The notes: generated by a model not told the origin, from the sequence alone. A stretch of 60,739 bases of DNA, filler included, from Bipalium vagum (GCA_037834085.1; 3 parts of 3 records of this genome joined end to end with filler, not necessarily neighbours in it); one strand, 5' to 3'. Shown: positions 1 to 12,409, counted from the first letter of the whole stretch. A program made the numbers and translations.

Positions 1-1380
1 TTCATACATAACCCTATCATGTATACTTTGCAATTAAATTAAAAAATTAATTAATTTTAAGAAATAAAAAGGTTTTTCATTTAATTCAAATCTTGCGTGA
101 TTTTTGAGACACCCTTTACAAAATAAAAGTACTAATTTTCCTACTAAAACTACTAAAAAAGTACTAGAAAAAAATAAAAATATTAATAGAAAGAAATTTT
201 TATTTTTATTTTGAAAAAATAAATATCCGTACGTAATAATACTAAAATGCAAAATATTTCATCTGATCGATTCGGAGACTTCTTAAAAAAACAGAAAATT
301 TAGAAAAAACTAATTTTTACTCTGAAATTTATAAAACAAAATTATTGTTAACAAAATTTGTAAACGAAATTATTTAGAAAAACATTTAAAAAAGTAAATT
401 ACCTGTGAAAAATATACAAAAACCTCAAGAAAGGGAAAGAAATTTATCTCAATTTCATTTTACAGATGAACGAAATTTTAAATATTATTTAGAAGATAAT
501 AATTTAGAAATGAATCATTTATTTAGGAAACCAGAATTATCAAGATTTGCAAGATTTTATAATATGTATACGAATATGTATAAGAATACAAAAAATTCCT
601 ATTGATGTGTTTCCTATATTTGAAAAAATAAATAATTATTTTCAAAATATTATTTCATTTAAAATACAAATATTTAAATCCTAATGGAATTTTTAGAGAT
701 TAAAGTGTTTCTGTTCATAAAGAATTGTTACAAAACAAAAAGTATTTAGACGACATTTCTCAGAATAAAACAAAAATTTTTCAAAAATGAAGAATTATCT
801 ATCAAATTTATAATTAATTATTATTATTATATTATAACATAATTATATATTGGTTAATTCTTCCATTTTCTTTTTTCTTTCTTCTTTTAAATTATTAATT
901 CGTTCATTTAGATTTAATTTCACCTCTTCATTTTTCATATTTTTAATTAAATTATTCCATTCTTAAATTATGAATTGTTTGAATATTCTTTTCTATTAAA
1001 AATAACTAAAAACCAAAAAGAAATAAAAGAGAAAAAATAATACGTATGTACGTATAAAAATATAATTTAAAATGTGAATAAAAAAACAAATTATTACTTT
1101 TTAATTTTCAATTTATCTTACAATATTTTTTTCAGATATTAATATTTATTTTTATTCTTTTTTAGTATTATTAAATAAAATTATTATTATCACTATTACT
1201 CACATTAATTATACTTCATTATTTTATTTATTATTATTTTTTTTAAAAATATTTTATTATCACCAATATACTATTCTTATTATTACTCAAATAACCCATT
1301 TGTATCCCCACCTTTTTATAAAGAAAGTAGACCTAAAACATATTGTGCACAAAAATTAACTATACAATAGGTACTAAAAA

Positions 1381-1680
1381 TATGAGAAAACAGATTATTA
1401 TGAAGTAAATTTAGATCAAGAAACAATTACAAATTTAAATGATAATGGAAATTTAACATTTACAATAACACCAAAAACCAATCCTTTAAAATTATATGAA
1501 GCATATTTTATTTATGAAATTAAAATAAAAGGAATAAAACCAGAAGATAATATTGCTTTACAAAATAAATTTTTTTCTTATTTATTTTCAAATGCAACTT
1601 TAAAATTATGATCAGAAGAAGTTGAAACTTCAAAAATTAGGTCCATCAATTTCTATAACTAATTTTATAATGATTAATAA
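1381..1680 (+). mobile_element. Degraded Polinton/Maverick (adintovirus-like) double-jelly-roll major capsid gene, N-terminal part
   Basis: Manual translation: YEKTDYYEVNLDQETITNLNDNGNLTFTITPKTNPLKLYEAYFIYEIKIKGIKPEDNIALQNKFFSYLFSNATLKL*SEEVE. This follows the Polinton MCP N-terminal pattern (NLN..G.I.F.I ... ESYL.. ... LTNN...HLFS...Y.L...EIE). It carries an in-frame stop. Confidence 0.65.
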
Positions 1681-2279
1681 AAATAATGATGGAGAATTAT
1701 TTGGATAAAATTAAAGAAGATAAAACCAAAAAAACAATAAAGGATTTAAAACAAGAAAACATTTATATTTATCGTCTGTACATATTTCGTACACAAAGGC
1801 GTCTTAAATTGTGAAGTGTCACTGAGATATGTCATATTGAGTGAAGATGAAGATTAATAAACATAATGCTCTTTACTGCCACGTTATCACCACATTCCGA
1901 ATTCATACAGTCAAGATTGGGTATAATTTTTATTTGATTTTTGATCTTCTTTAGTTGATGGAAATGAAAGAAACCTGAATTTCGTATAAACTTGCTTGGA
2001 GAATTAAAAATTGTGAAACGTTTTCCTGGTAATCTGTTCTTTACTATTAACATCAATAATGAAAGAACCGTTTCTTTACTGCCAATGTCAACAATTTCAT
2101 CATTACTTGGACTAAGATCGATTTCCAAATTAAATCTCATGATCTTCATCACATAAGATATTGACATCAGATATGATAAAGATATTAACATTTAAAAATT
2201 AAAAACAAATCACTAAATATGAAAACTGATTCAACAGTTATTTTACATCATAATTTTTATTTAAAATTTTATTATGTGC

Positions 2280-2345
2280 TTAGTGACAATTGATTATATT
2301 GAAAAATTAAAAAAAATCTCACCTTTGGGGTGCGAGAACGGTAAA
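2280..2345 (-). mobile_element. piggyBac-like transposon terminus (also at ~16045-16110 and 24402-24470)
   Basis: The same ~65-nt motif occurs three times. The copy at 24402-24470 ends ...ggggtacgagaacgg|ttaa, a TTAA-flanked end typical of piggyBac. No transposase motif was confirmed. Confidence 0.4.
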
Positions 2346-2542
2346 AATCTAAACTTTTAAATGTAGTGTTTGCACTTTTCTTTATTTAAATTTATTTTCA
2401 TTTTAGATTTAAAATTTATTTTTATTTATGATAAAATATTAATTAGAAAGGTAAATATATTTAATTAAATATGTTTAATTATTTGATTAGATAAACATTG
2501 TTTAAATATTATGCAATTTAAAATTACCTTTGACAAAATAAT

Positions 2543-2980
2543 ATGGTAGGCTTATTTAGTTATTTTTCAATTTTTCCATTATATATTTAGACGGAAGCAA
2601 TTAACCTGCTAGCTTACCATTATTAAAAAACGAATTAACTAAAATTACAAATGTTACTTATGAAGATGCTAATTTGAATCAAATTAAAAATGTGTAAATG
2701 AAGCAACTAAAGATTTAAATCGTGGAAGACCCGAATTAATATTAATGGCTGCAGATGCAGAGCGATTAAAAATTTTGCTTCAAATATGAAAATAAAAACG
2801 TACCTTGTCTCTATTCCCAGTAAAACAGGTAAACCGGATACTAAAAAATGTTATTTAACTATAAAATTTTAGCATTGGGAAGAGATTGTGGATTATCCAG
2901 ACCAGTTTTTGCAAGTAGTGGATCTGAAATGACTCCTTAGATACAAGGTATACAAATTTATTGAGAAGCTTATAGTTTAA
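2543..2980 (+). pseudogene. SNU13: Unprocessed SNU13/NHP2L1 (15.5K, L7Ae family) pseudogene, copy 1
   Basis: ATG|intron 2546-2590|TEAINLLAY...NQIK(fs)VNEATKDLNRGRPELILMAADAERLKILL...ENKNVP...IPSK|intron 2829-2872|ALGRDCGLSRPV...GSEMTP*IQ...IEKLIV*. Matches the SNU13 motifs GANEATKTLNRG, MAADAEP, CEDKNVP, ALGRACGVSRPV and IEKLL. It has frameshifts, deletions and an internal stop. Confidence 0.9.
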
Positions 2981-3679
2981 AATATATAATAATGATTGCA
3001 CCAGATTCTTTTTGTTTTTTGATAGTAATGTATTTAATTTTTCAATAAGAATTTTTATATTGTAATGGTGCAGTTTTAATTTGGCCCTCTTTGGTATTAG
3101 ACAATAATATTTTCACCAATACCGATTTTGATGCACTTTTTATATTGATCATTGGTCTTTTTACCGTTTCAAAGAATTTATAAATTGGTAAAATGGATGT
3201 TCCTGGTAATAGAAGTCGAATTAAGCTAATTAAATTAGGATAGTTTCGCATTTATTATAAATGAGAAATTAGATTGATGAAAATACCAAAAGTAGGTTTT
3301 ATACTGTGCGAAGTTAAACAGTGCTAAATAATTTTTGATGAAATTTGATAATCGTGCAAAGTGAGAAGGATCTTGTAAATATATAAATGAAATGTGCCAA
3401 TTTTAATTGCCAAAGTTAAGATGACTTGTAATTAACTGCGGCATGTTAACGAATAATTTTATTATTTAATCTTTCTTGTGGTATTGGGAAATGCTTAAAT
3501 TTATTTAACATATTTCCTGTTTTGTAAGAGCTCTTTCGTTTAGATCTTCTTACTTAATGAAGTATTCTTTTTGAAAAAATAAATCTTATTGTGATAATTG
3601 TGAGGTTTATAAAGTTTAAAAATAATTTTATTATTTAAACTAAATATTTAATTGTGTTATTAAAAAATATGATTTTAAA

Positions 3680-4130
3680 ATGAGTCTTGATAACTTCTCA
3701 ACTGATATAAATGTAACTAACATGGCACACCAACACCACCGAAATACTATCACTACCGGATTACTGCCAAAAAGTTTATAAGGGGTGATTGACCTAGACA
3801 ATTTTATTAAAGAATGCGAAAGGCATTTCGCATTGTTGTAGATCCCGAATTCTTCCAGGGCACATTAGTGGTGTAGTTTTTAGATCAAGACTTTATCTCC
3901 GTTTATGAAGCCATAAGCACAGATTTGAAGAACTTTGATAAAAAGCTACACAAAGTATTTCAAATGAAAAACCCGATGATAGAAGATTTAAAAGCAAATT
4001 TCAATTACAAAAGAACAAATGAAATAAGGGGAAAATATTTCGAAGAAGTTGGAAAAAATTGCTCTCACATAAATGGGATAAGGATTCATTGTTAGAATTA
4101 TTGGTGGTACGTTGTACAAATGCCCGGGAA
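3680..4130 (+). mobile_element. Decayed LTR-retrotransposon gag-like fragment
   Basis: LLPKSL*GVIDLDNFIKECERHFAL resembles the P..F.G..D...FI...ERYF gag N-terminus of Ty3/gypsy elements; multiple stops. Confidence 0.45.
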
Positions 4131-4289
4131 GTTAAAAAAACTTTATTTAAAAATGTAACTCTGTTTTTAGATGAATTAAATATTTTATTAGTCCTACCAA
4201 AATCAGTGAAAGAGTTTTTTTATGAGTTATCATTAATAAATCAAAACATTTTTATTAATTAAGTCTTCAAAACTTGACTTTATAACTGA

Positions 4290-4460
4290 GTTTAATAACG
4301 AAAGTTAGTAGATTTATAAAAAAATAATATTTTGATAATAATGTAGAGATGGGCTGTTGAGCTTATGGCTCTGAGAGAGAAAAGAGTCTCAAAAGAGTCT
4401 CATAACCACACTTGTCAGGGTATCATAAATAGCTTAAAATTACATTATTTGAGTGAGTGT
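4290..4460 (+). repeat. Dispersed repeat (second copy ~10714-10870) containing small hairpins
   Basis: Both copies share ttaat..cgaaagtta.tagattt ... gagcttatggctctgagagagaaaag ... agtctc.taaccaca.ttgt. Confidence 0.8.
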
Positions 4461-5459
4461 TTTGTACTTTTTAATGCTTACATGTTTGGAGACCACTATA
4501 ATTTATTTAATCCATCAGCTTATCTTTTTATTAATTTCGAAATGGTTTTGTTAATCTTGCTTTTACTTACGATTCCAAAAAATTATAGTACCAATTTTCT
4601 TTTTCAAAATCAATTGCACTATCTCATTATTCAAGTTCTGACATCTAAAAATTTGCTAAAAGTTCAATCAATTTGTCTTTCTAAAGAGCAAATTATCTCT
4701 TAATGCTTTGAGAAAATATAATGTTATGATCTGATTCAGATCTAATTCCTCACTTCAATACATGACGCCTAAAGAGACGTTTGCAGGATACACAAGATGA
4801 CATATATATTATTAGGGTTACAGAATCACCAGAGCCAATTAAAAAGACAATATAAAACTTTTGGTCATTCTGTTTATTCAATTTAAATTCAAAATTTTTA
4901 AAAGAAAAGAAAACTCAAAACATTTACATTTTATGGTGTGACAATCAATTTTTTGAAAAAAATTGATTGTTATTTTTGTGATTGAAATTAATTAAATAAA
5001 ATAATAAAGTTTAAGAAGTTTAGAAAATAAAAATTTGCTTCTAAATAAGATTCGCCTAGAGATTTTAACTAAAACACAATAAAAAATGTATATAAAATAA
5101 AAAATACGCTATTTTTCAGCGATATTCACGATTAGATCTGTTTCTGGGTCGTTTCTCAGAAAATAGAAGAAATGGCGACCCAAATAATATATTTTTACTA
5201 GACATGGAATTAAAATAGAATACGAAACAATGCCAAGGATATCCAGAGATCGATGGTACACATCCGTCTGAGAAAATTAACGTTTTCATAAACTGCAAAT
5301 GTGAAAATATATCTAAACTTTATTTCATTAATCCAAATTCAGAATTAAATTTTTATATTATTAAACGTTACTTAAAAATTTTCAAAATTAATATAAAACT
5401 GACAAAAATGACTACTTTTTATGCGTGGGTGTGATGCTTTTTAACGAAGACAGTGCATT

Positions 5460-6150
5460 TATGTTGTGTGCTAAAACGTGACTTAATCTACGACTATGGT
5501 TAATAATAATGACGGTAACAAAACGAAAGTATAATAATATATTCTCAAAATAAACTTAATTACATTGCCTATCGGATCATTTTATTCCGCAATAGAGGAC
5601 AATGCACGCATTGAAGGTCGTGTAGAAGCTGGATCAATGTGATAGTAGACTTTATGGCAACAATGAAAATAACAGGTTTTATGTTTCGGAATTTCCCGTA
5701 CTTTTTTAATTCCTGAAGTAAAAATACTGTTATGAAACAGTTTGCAGGATGAAGTCTCGTTTCGCACCACCAAATTGATGATCATAAATCTCTCTAACTG
5801 AAATAAGTTATGAAACAAAACTTTTGAAAAAATGTTACCAACAATTACCAAAGTAAATTTCATCTTTTCTTATTTTCTTCGCCAATAATATTTTAACTGT
5901 AAAGGTCTATTTTATTTTATCTTTCATGTAATATATGCACATAATTAGCCTTTTTTGAATAGTATTTGTATGTTTTGAGCGTTATTGTAAATCGATAATT
6001 GTAATCGATGTTTTACTTCTCAGTCAAATTAAACTTTTCCAGGGCTTTACCAAAAAACTATATTTGCATAATTAATTCAATTTTGAGACCGTGCCATTGT
6101 TGTGTCACGAGAAAATTTAAAATTCATAACAATCGAAAAATTAACATTTA
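5460..6150 (-). pseudogene. Pseudogenised copy of the secreted Cys-rich peptide gene (paralog of 19914-20221), with shared upstream region
   Basis: MKFTL..NLFQLERFMIINLVVRNETSS..IKKVREIPKHKTCYFHCCHKVYYHIDPASTRP(fs)NACIVLYCGIK*. Intron-2 donor is GT>GC, intron-1 acceptor is mutated and there is a 1-nt deletion. About 280 nt upstream are homologous to 19630-19913. Confidence 0.75.
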
Positions 6151-6989
6151 ACATAAACAAATATTTATATATAATTGCTCTTAGTATTGTTTTATTTATT
6201 TTTTGATTTATCTCTTTTTAAGATAAAGTTTAATTTTTACATGTTAAAAATATCAAAGTAATTAAAAAATTAGGAAAAATTAATTATTTACTAAAATAAT
6301 TAATTTTTTATGTTCTTTGAAATAGAATTTTCGAAAAAATTAGAGAAATCATAATTTATTGAATATATAACGTCTTTATTTCACCAGACGACATCATAAT
6401 GATAATAATAGAAATGTGCGATAAAATTTTTAAAAATATTTTTATAACATTGTTTTTTTAAGGAATTACTTTTGATTTTACCTCGATTTTACCATAACAA
6501 TGTTGACTAATCTTTTACGCTTAAAGAATTGTTGCGAAGATCGATAAAAATAACCTCATAGAGATATCGGGGCTATAAACTAAGTGAGATAATAATTTAT
6601 AGATCAACTTTCGGGTTTTTGTTGTGTATCTTTGGAGATGTGCGGTGGGGTGTTATAGTGAAGGAAGATAACAATAGCTTTTCTTTTGACTAAATCTTGT
6701 AGAGTTAGCAAGGGTGTATGAACTAATCGGTTAAATTATTGCTACATTTGGCCTTTCTAACATTTTCTCTCACACGTTGCAACTCCTTCTGGTCTCTGTT
6801 GTACCTAGAGACTATTTCTCTTAAAAAGGCTTAGAAAATCAAAACAAATCACGTACCAAGTTTTACAATTGCACACCGATTTTAAAATCACGTCGGCTGC
6901 TCACCAATAAATATGCTTACTATTTAGTATATCAAACTTTAACTCTGACTCTTTGGTGTTGCAAAATAACAATAATCAGTAGAGTAATA

Positions 6990-7203
6990 ATTTGTATTTA
7001 TATCACAATATCTCACATGAAATCAGTGATAACAATAACACGAAAATCGTCAAATACAATAGGGGGATCACAAATTTGTCTAAAAAGTTTCAAATGTCTT
7101 ATATAATACTCAATCCAATCAATCAAACCAAATGGTATTTACAAATCAAATTAAAATAATCAATTAATCAAAAAAATTACTTAAAATAAAAAAAACGACA
7201 GTT

Positions 7204-7260
<57 letters not shown>

Positions 7261-7590
7261 GAATCAATAATTTCAAAAGAAACACAAAACAATATAATCT
7301 TATTGGTTAGCTTCGTTCAAGCTTTCTGAACTATCAGCTCTGCCTTTACAGCTAGTCAGAGGTAGTCCTCTGGTGGGAACTTAAACACAATCCCATGCAA
7401 AATAACATAATTGGAAAAAGAGTTTTGAATTATCTCAAGTTTTTTGAATATTATCGAATATCTTCTGTTGCGAATCTTTCGAATTATACTGAATATTTTT
7501 TAGTAGAAATATCAACGAATATCTTCGGTTATGAATCTCTTCGAATAACAACGAATATCTACTGTTTAGATTTTCTTCCAAATGTTAACC
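6990..7590 (-). repeat. Dispersed repeat homologous to 37647-38100; putative 5' region of an RLE-type retroelement
   Basis: The reverse complement aligns with 37647-38100: repeated GAAGATATTCGTT motif, GC-richer structured block, AT-rich tract, then gtgatcccc.tattg..tttgacgatt. An internal (TAA)n lies at ~7208-7257. Confidence 0.7.
7208..7257. repeat. (TAA)n microsatellite
   Basis: About 16 consecutive TAA units. Confidence 0.95.
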
Positions 7591-8851
7591 GATATATACT
7601 CTAGTAATTGTGGGCGAAATTATTCCTTTTATACTAATCTGGTCGACAAATAATCAATCGAAGACTGGTTTCATTACTGGGGAATATCAATTCCATTTTT
7701 GAATCATTAATTCTTAATCGGCCCCTCCTTGCGGTCTTGGCATTTTTGCTTCCTATTGTCAAAATTAGACCTTTTATGGAAAATGATCAATTACCTTTTT
7801 TCTTTTATAAATATTTTAATTAATTTATTAATTAATTAGTTAAAATTCTTATTTTATTTTTTTTTAGTATTATTATTTTTTTGTGTACAATCTCACAATT
7901 CTTATCCGTGAAGAGTGCGAGTTTTGGGTAAACCAAACTATTTAAAGCCAAAGTGATAAAAATGTTTATTTAGATATATAATCCTGTCAAAACATTTTTC
8001 GTCTATATTCATGTGTTTTTCGACTCTTCTAATGAAAATAGGCAGTTCTGCTGTGCCTTTAATATTTAAAGTTTTATTCAGGGACAGAGAAAATTATTAA
8101 ACATTTTTCATTGTGTCATTAGGCGATCCATAAATATCAGTAGAGATATCATTTATCCTACGAGCAGTCGATTGATAAGACAACATGATCTAAACAAAGT
8201 TTTGGATTAATCTTGAAGTGATTTCGTCTGCTGCACTCATCAAACATTCTTTTATACATTTGTACACTCACTATCTGCAAAATGTTTCATACTTACCATT
8301 CATGTGGTAAGTATGTATGCTAGCCTAAATTGCTTGGATAACTTGTTTACTAATAACGGTCTCCACCTTTATCGTTTCGAAAAATATCAAATTATGAAAA
8401 TAGTTTCGTCTTTTTGGTCTTTGCATCGGCCAACTTTGTGAGTCCGTAGTTCTTATCCTCGGTTGATCCAGCAACCGCTTGATGCAGGGTAATGTTCGTC
8501 CGCACGAGCTGCAGCGATGGAGCCCTTGGTCGAAGCGATTGAAGAAGAAACGGTTGCGGAGGGACCAGTAGAAGATGTTGTTTTGCCGGATAGGAAATTG
8601 AGTCTAAATTTCCGCAGAAGTTTGAAGTCCTGCAGATTTTTCAGATCTCATCAGATTAGTTAAATTTAGTAGCAGCTCCAACTCATCCCCATAAAATTCT
8701 CGAGTCCACAATTATATGGGACAACTTCAGAAGGAATGCGGAGAAAGTCATGATCGCAAAAAATTTTTGGTTGGAATGGATATGATTTGGCTTGAAGCAA
8801 ATTTCGAAGTTTTGAACACAAGATCAAAGTACAGATCTTATATGAGGCATT

Positions 8852-9330
8852 TCAAAGAGTAATAATACGCCAACTATCAACTTTAGTGTAATCATTTTTA
8901 CCAGGCTTTGGTATCAACTTAGTGTCTAACAGTTTCCAGTGAAATGAAGTTGATCGCGAAAAAACTATTGATTTAAAAAGATGCTTTAAAATTACCTCTG
9001 TTAGATCTAGATTGAAGGGTTTCAAAATACGACGGTATATCAGGCAAAGAACTGATTGTTCGTTACATTTCTTAAGTGCCTTGAGCATTTCATGCGAAGT
9101 AGGAATAAAAGAAAATTGTGCCAAAACCAGTTGAATATCAGGAGAAAATTCAACGGACCAGTCTGCTGGATCACGAACATTTCATTTTTGGAAAAGTTAG
9201 AAAAATATCTTATATCGTCGGATGAGAAATGACTTTGTGTTCATCGATTAAATTAATAATTTTCACGCCCCTTTTCCTATTTTTAGCATAAAGACTTTTG
9301 AAATTGCAAAACGTATCTGGTGTGGGCTTT
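8852..9330 (-). mobile_element. Non-LTR retrotransposon RT N-terminal fragment (RLE-clade-like)
   Basis: HEMLKALKKCNEQS...HLFKSIV...HWKLLDTKLIPKPGKNDYTKVDSWRIITL corresponds to RT subdomains 0-2 (W...T.LIPK.G......WRPI). Confidence 0.8.
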
Positions 9331-9559
9331 CTTCGTTGCTTAGTTTTGAAAATGAATAAAGATTTATTTTAGGAAGTCGTCATCACTAAGAGTATTTCTG
9401 TTCAGAGACTGCCACAGAATTTTTGACATAAACATTATTATTAATTTTGAATTGTCAGGCAGCACTAAAAACTATCTTGATGTTTTGGTGTTTCAAAACA
9501 CAGTGGGCTGCCAGTCATAGTTATTCCTATCGTTTACCAGCATCTTAGTTGGGTTTCTT

Positions 9560-9715
9560 CTACACCTGCCACAAGTTTGGATATATTTGTCCATAATATT
9601 TTCTGTGCACATTTGTACATCAATTGAGTTGTTGTTTTTCTTGAAGCTGAGCGATTTTAGAGCTGTTGAATTATTATCGTTCCAGGTTCCGGTAGCACCG
9701 ATAATAATGATTCGT
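9560..9715 (-). mobile_element. RLE endonuclease C-terminal fragment of a non-LTR element
   Basis: IIIIGATGTWNDNNSTALKSL matches the IVVGALGSW...N...L..L end of NeSL/R2/Utopia RLE domains. Confidence 0.6.
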
Positions 9716-9721
9716 AAATAA

Positions 9722-10090
9722 AATGAAATCCTTGCTAACAGAAATAAGTTCTGAAATATAATATACCTTAGAATATAATATTGAAAATATGTTACCAATA
9801 ATTATCAATGTCAATTTCATTTTTCTTATTTCGACTATAAAGCTCTATTTTATAATATCTTTTATGTAATATATCCTCATAATTAGCCTTTTACTGTATA
9901 ACATTTTGTATGTTTTGAGCGTTATTGTAAATTGATAATTGTAATCAATATTTTAGTCCTCAGTCGAATAATTTTTCCATGGCTTTACTCATAAAATATA
10001 TTTGCATAATTATTCCAATTTGGAGACTGTACCATTATTGGGTCACGAGAAAATTTGAAATTCATAACAACTGAAAACTTAACATTCAAC
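9722..10090 (-). pseudogene. 3'-truncated third copy of the Cys-rich peptide gene (upstream region, exon 1 and part of exon 2)
   Basis: atgaaattgacattgataattattggtaacatattttc...ttcagaacttatttctgttagca plus ~270 nt upstream homologous to 19630-19913. It is cut off by the retroelement fragment at ~9720. Confidence 0.75.
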
Positions 10091-10369
10091 AATTAATTCC
10101 TTGTATACACTCGTGGTTTTCCCCTGTATCATCATACCATTTCCGAAATAGATCGAAACATATTGTATAGACTTGTAAATCCTAAAATTTTTAAACTTAT
10201 TATTTTTATCCTTATTAAACAATTGAATTTCCTTCCTGTCCCTTTTAATAATAAGGTTTTCCTTGTGGAAAAATCTTTACTTGTACTTTGGCAAAAACCA
10301 AAAAATACTGAGGAAGAGTTTTTTATTGTATCTATATATTTTCTTTTTAAATATTGGACGGTTCTTTGT

Positions 10370-10462
10370 CTTTTTAAATATTTTAACCTTTGAAAAATTC
10401 ACCAGTCACTTAATCACTATCCCTTCATACCTTGGACAATTTGCAGGTGTTTTACCGGAATA
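10370..10462 (+). repeat. Direct repeat (second copy ~11870-11965), function unknown
   Basis: attttaacctttgaaaaat.cacca..gtcacttaatcacta.cccttcatacc.tggacaattt.cag.tgttttaccggaat is present twice. Confidence 0.85.
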
Positions 10463-12224
10463 ATCTTTTCATACTGATCGGGTTCTGATAGTTGCAGAAC
10501 TGTCATCGGAGATCTCTTCGATAAGTTTGATTGACTTTTCCTTCATGCCGTGTCATCTGAGGATTCCGTGTATCAGGTCTATTATAACACTGCCGAAAGT
10601 GTCAGCTGTGTATAAAACAGATTTTGATCTTTTCAGGATTGTAGGAGATCATTTCTGAATATTTTAATGAATCGAATCTTTTTCATCAATCATTTCACTT
10701 TTACTTCTGAGATTAATGGCGAAAGTTAATAGATTTTATAAAAAACAATATTTTCGAAATAATATAAATCTCGTTGATGAGCTTATGGCTCTGAGAGAGA
10801 AAAGTCTTTAAACAGTCTCCTAACCACAATTGTGAAGGTAGCTTGAAGATATATTATTTGAGTGAAATATTCACCGCTTATTTGAATATTTCATAAAAAT
10901 GAGTTTAGGTGAATTAAATTAATAATTAATATATTATTTTTATTATTATTCTTTTTATGTGAGATACGTTTTACTCTATTTTATCCAGAAGAACTCTTTA
11001 ACTAACTAAGAAAAATGGGGTGCCGACAGTTTAGCTAAAACGATTAATGTCTATGAAAAAGAAAAAAAAATGTGTGAATTTTGTGCTTCTTTAGATTTTA
11101 AACTACTTTTCCAATTAATCCTGTTGAAGGTCTTGTAGTTAATAATCTTGCGAGAAATGCACTTAAAATGTGAAAGACATTATGAGAATAATATTGAGAA
11201 ATGTAAAAATTATTTAAGAAAAGTGAAACTGGGATGTTAAATTTTAAAGAAATATGCAAAGAAACTTATTAATATATCAAAGTAAAGCCTATTTTATATG
11301 AGAGCGTTGTTACGTTTCTGTACTAAAGTTTCAAAAGCATTTTTAAAGCTATCTTTGTTTATGAGACACTATTTCGTAAAAATAGAATAATCATAACACC
11401 GAATATGTTTCAACTGTTTGATTTGACTGATTTTTCTGTTAAATGTTTGTATGTAGTTTGATATTTCTTGAACAAAATTTAATAACTACTTTAATTTCCA
11501 TTTAACTAAAGTACGTGTAAATATCGAATACCGATCAGATACTTGGAACTATATTTTTTTTATAAAATTAAATTTGATTCTATCAGATTGACCATCTTAA
11601 AATAAATATTAAGCCAATAAATTTACACTCACATCACATCGATGATTCTCATATGACGTGGGGTACGACAAGACTGACTCTTCAATTTTGTTATCCAACA
11701 TTTTTATCAAAGAGATAATGACCGAATGTGAGAGAAAGATAGGAGATATTACACTATGATCTAAGCAAAGTTTTCTGTTAATCTTGAAAGATTTCTTCAG
11801 CTGCAACTATCAAAAGAGTTTTTCATTATTTCTATATATCTTATTTTTAAATTTTGGGTGTTTTTTATTTTTTTAAAAATATTTTAACCTTTGAAAAATC
11901 CACCAAAGTCACTTAATCACTACCCCTTCATACCATGGACAATTTCCAGCTGTTTTACCGGAATTGTTATTGGATATAGTGCATGCTTTTATGCATGTTT
12001 CACGAAAATGCGGAGTTGGAAATGATTTTAAAAGCAGAGAGAAGGACCATTTCTACCCTGGTGATACAATGTGGTGAAACAAAGATAAATCACAATAAAA
12101 CCAACAGAGATAGAACACCTAAAACACCGACGTGGTTTTTAACAATTGTTGATACGTCTTTTATCCTATCTAAAGGATATGCAGAAATTATACTGCATAA
12201 GAAAATTTCTAAGAACTTGCCAAA

Positions 12225-12404
12225 ATTTTGTACCAAAGGGGTTATTTCAGATCCACTACTTGCAATAATCGCACATGAAATAACTGGTAACTATCTCTTC
12301 CCAATGCTGAAATTATTTAATTACATAACATTTTTTAGTATCTGTTTTACCTGTCTTACTGGGAATAAAGACTTTAGGGACGTTTTTATCTTCACATAAC
12401 AAAC
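12225..12404 (-). pseudogene. SNU13: SNU13 fragment, copy 3 (3' half, intron retained)
   Basis: CLLCEDKNVPKVFIPSKT|GT-AG intron|ALGRD..PVISCAIIASSGSEITPLVQN. It retains residues that are deleted in copies 1 and 2. Confidence 0.8.
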
Positions 12405-12409
12405 AATTT

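Larger units (their letters stand above)
2176..3080 (+). repeat. Left arm of a ~0.9-kb inverted duplication (partner 15248-16213)
   Basis: Near-identical reverse complement of 15248-16213 over the whole length, e.g. ctcacctttggggtgcgagaacggtaaaaatc vs gatttttaccgttctcgcaccccaaaggtgag. Confidence 0.95.

Noticed and set aside
2176-3080. Inverted arms as Polinton TIRs
   Set aside because: The capsid remnant lies outside the arms, no AG..CT Polinton termini or 6-bp TSD were seen, and no Polinton genes lie between them.
11983-12399. 138-aa plus-strand ORF
   Set aside because: Chimeric; its 3' part is the antisense of SNU13 copy 3 including an intron.
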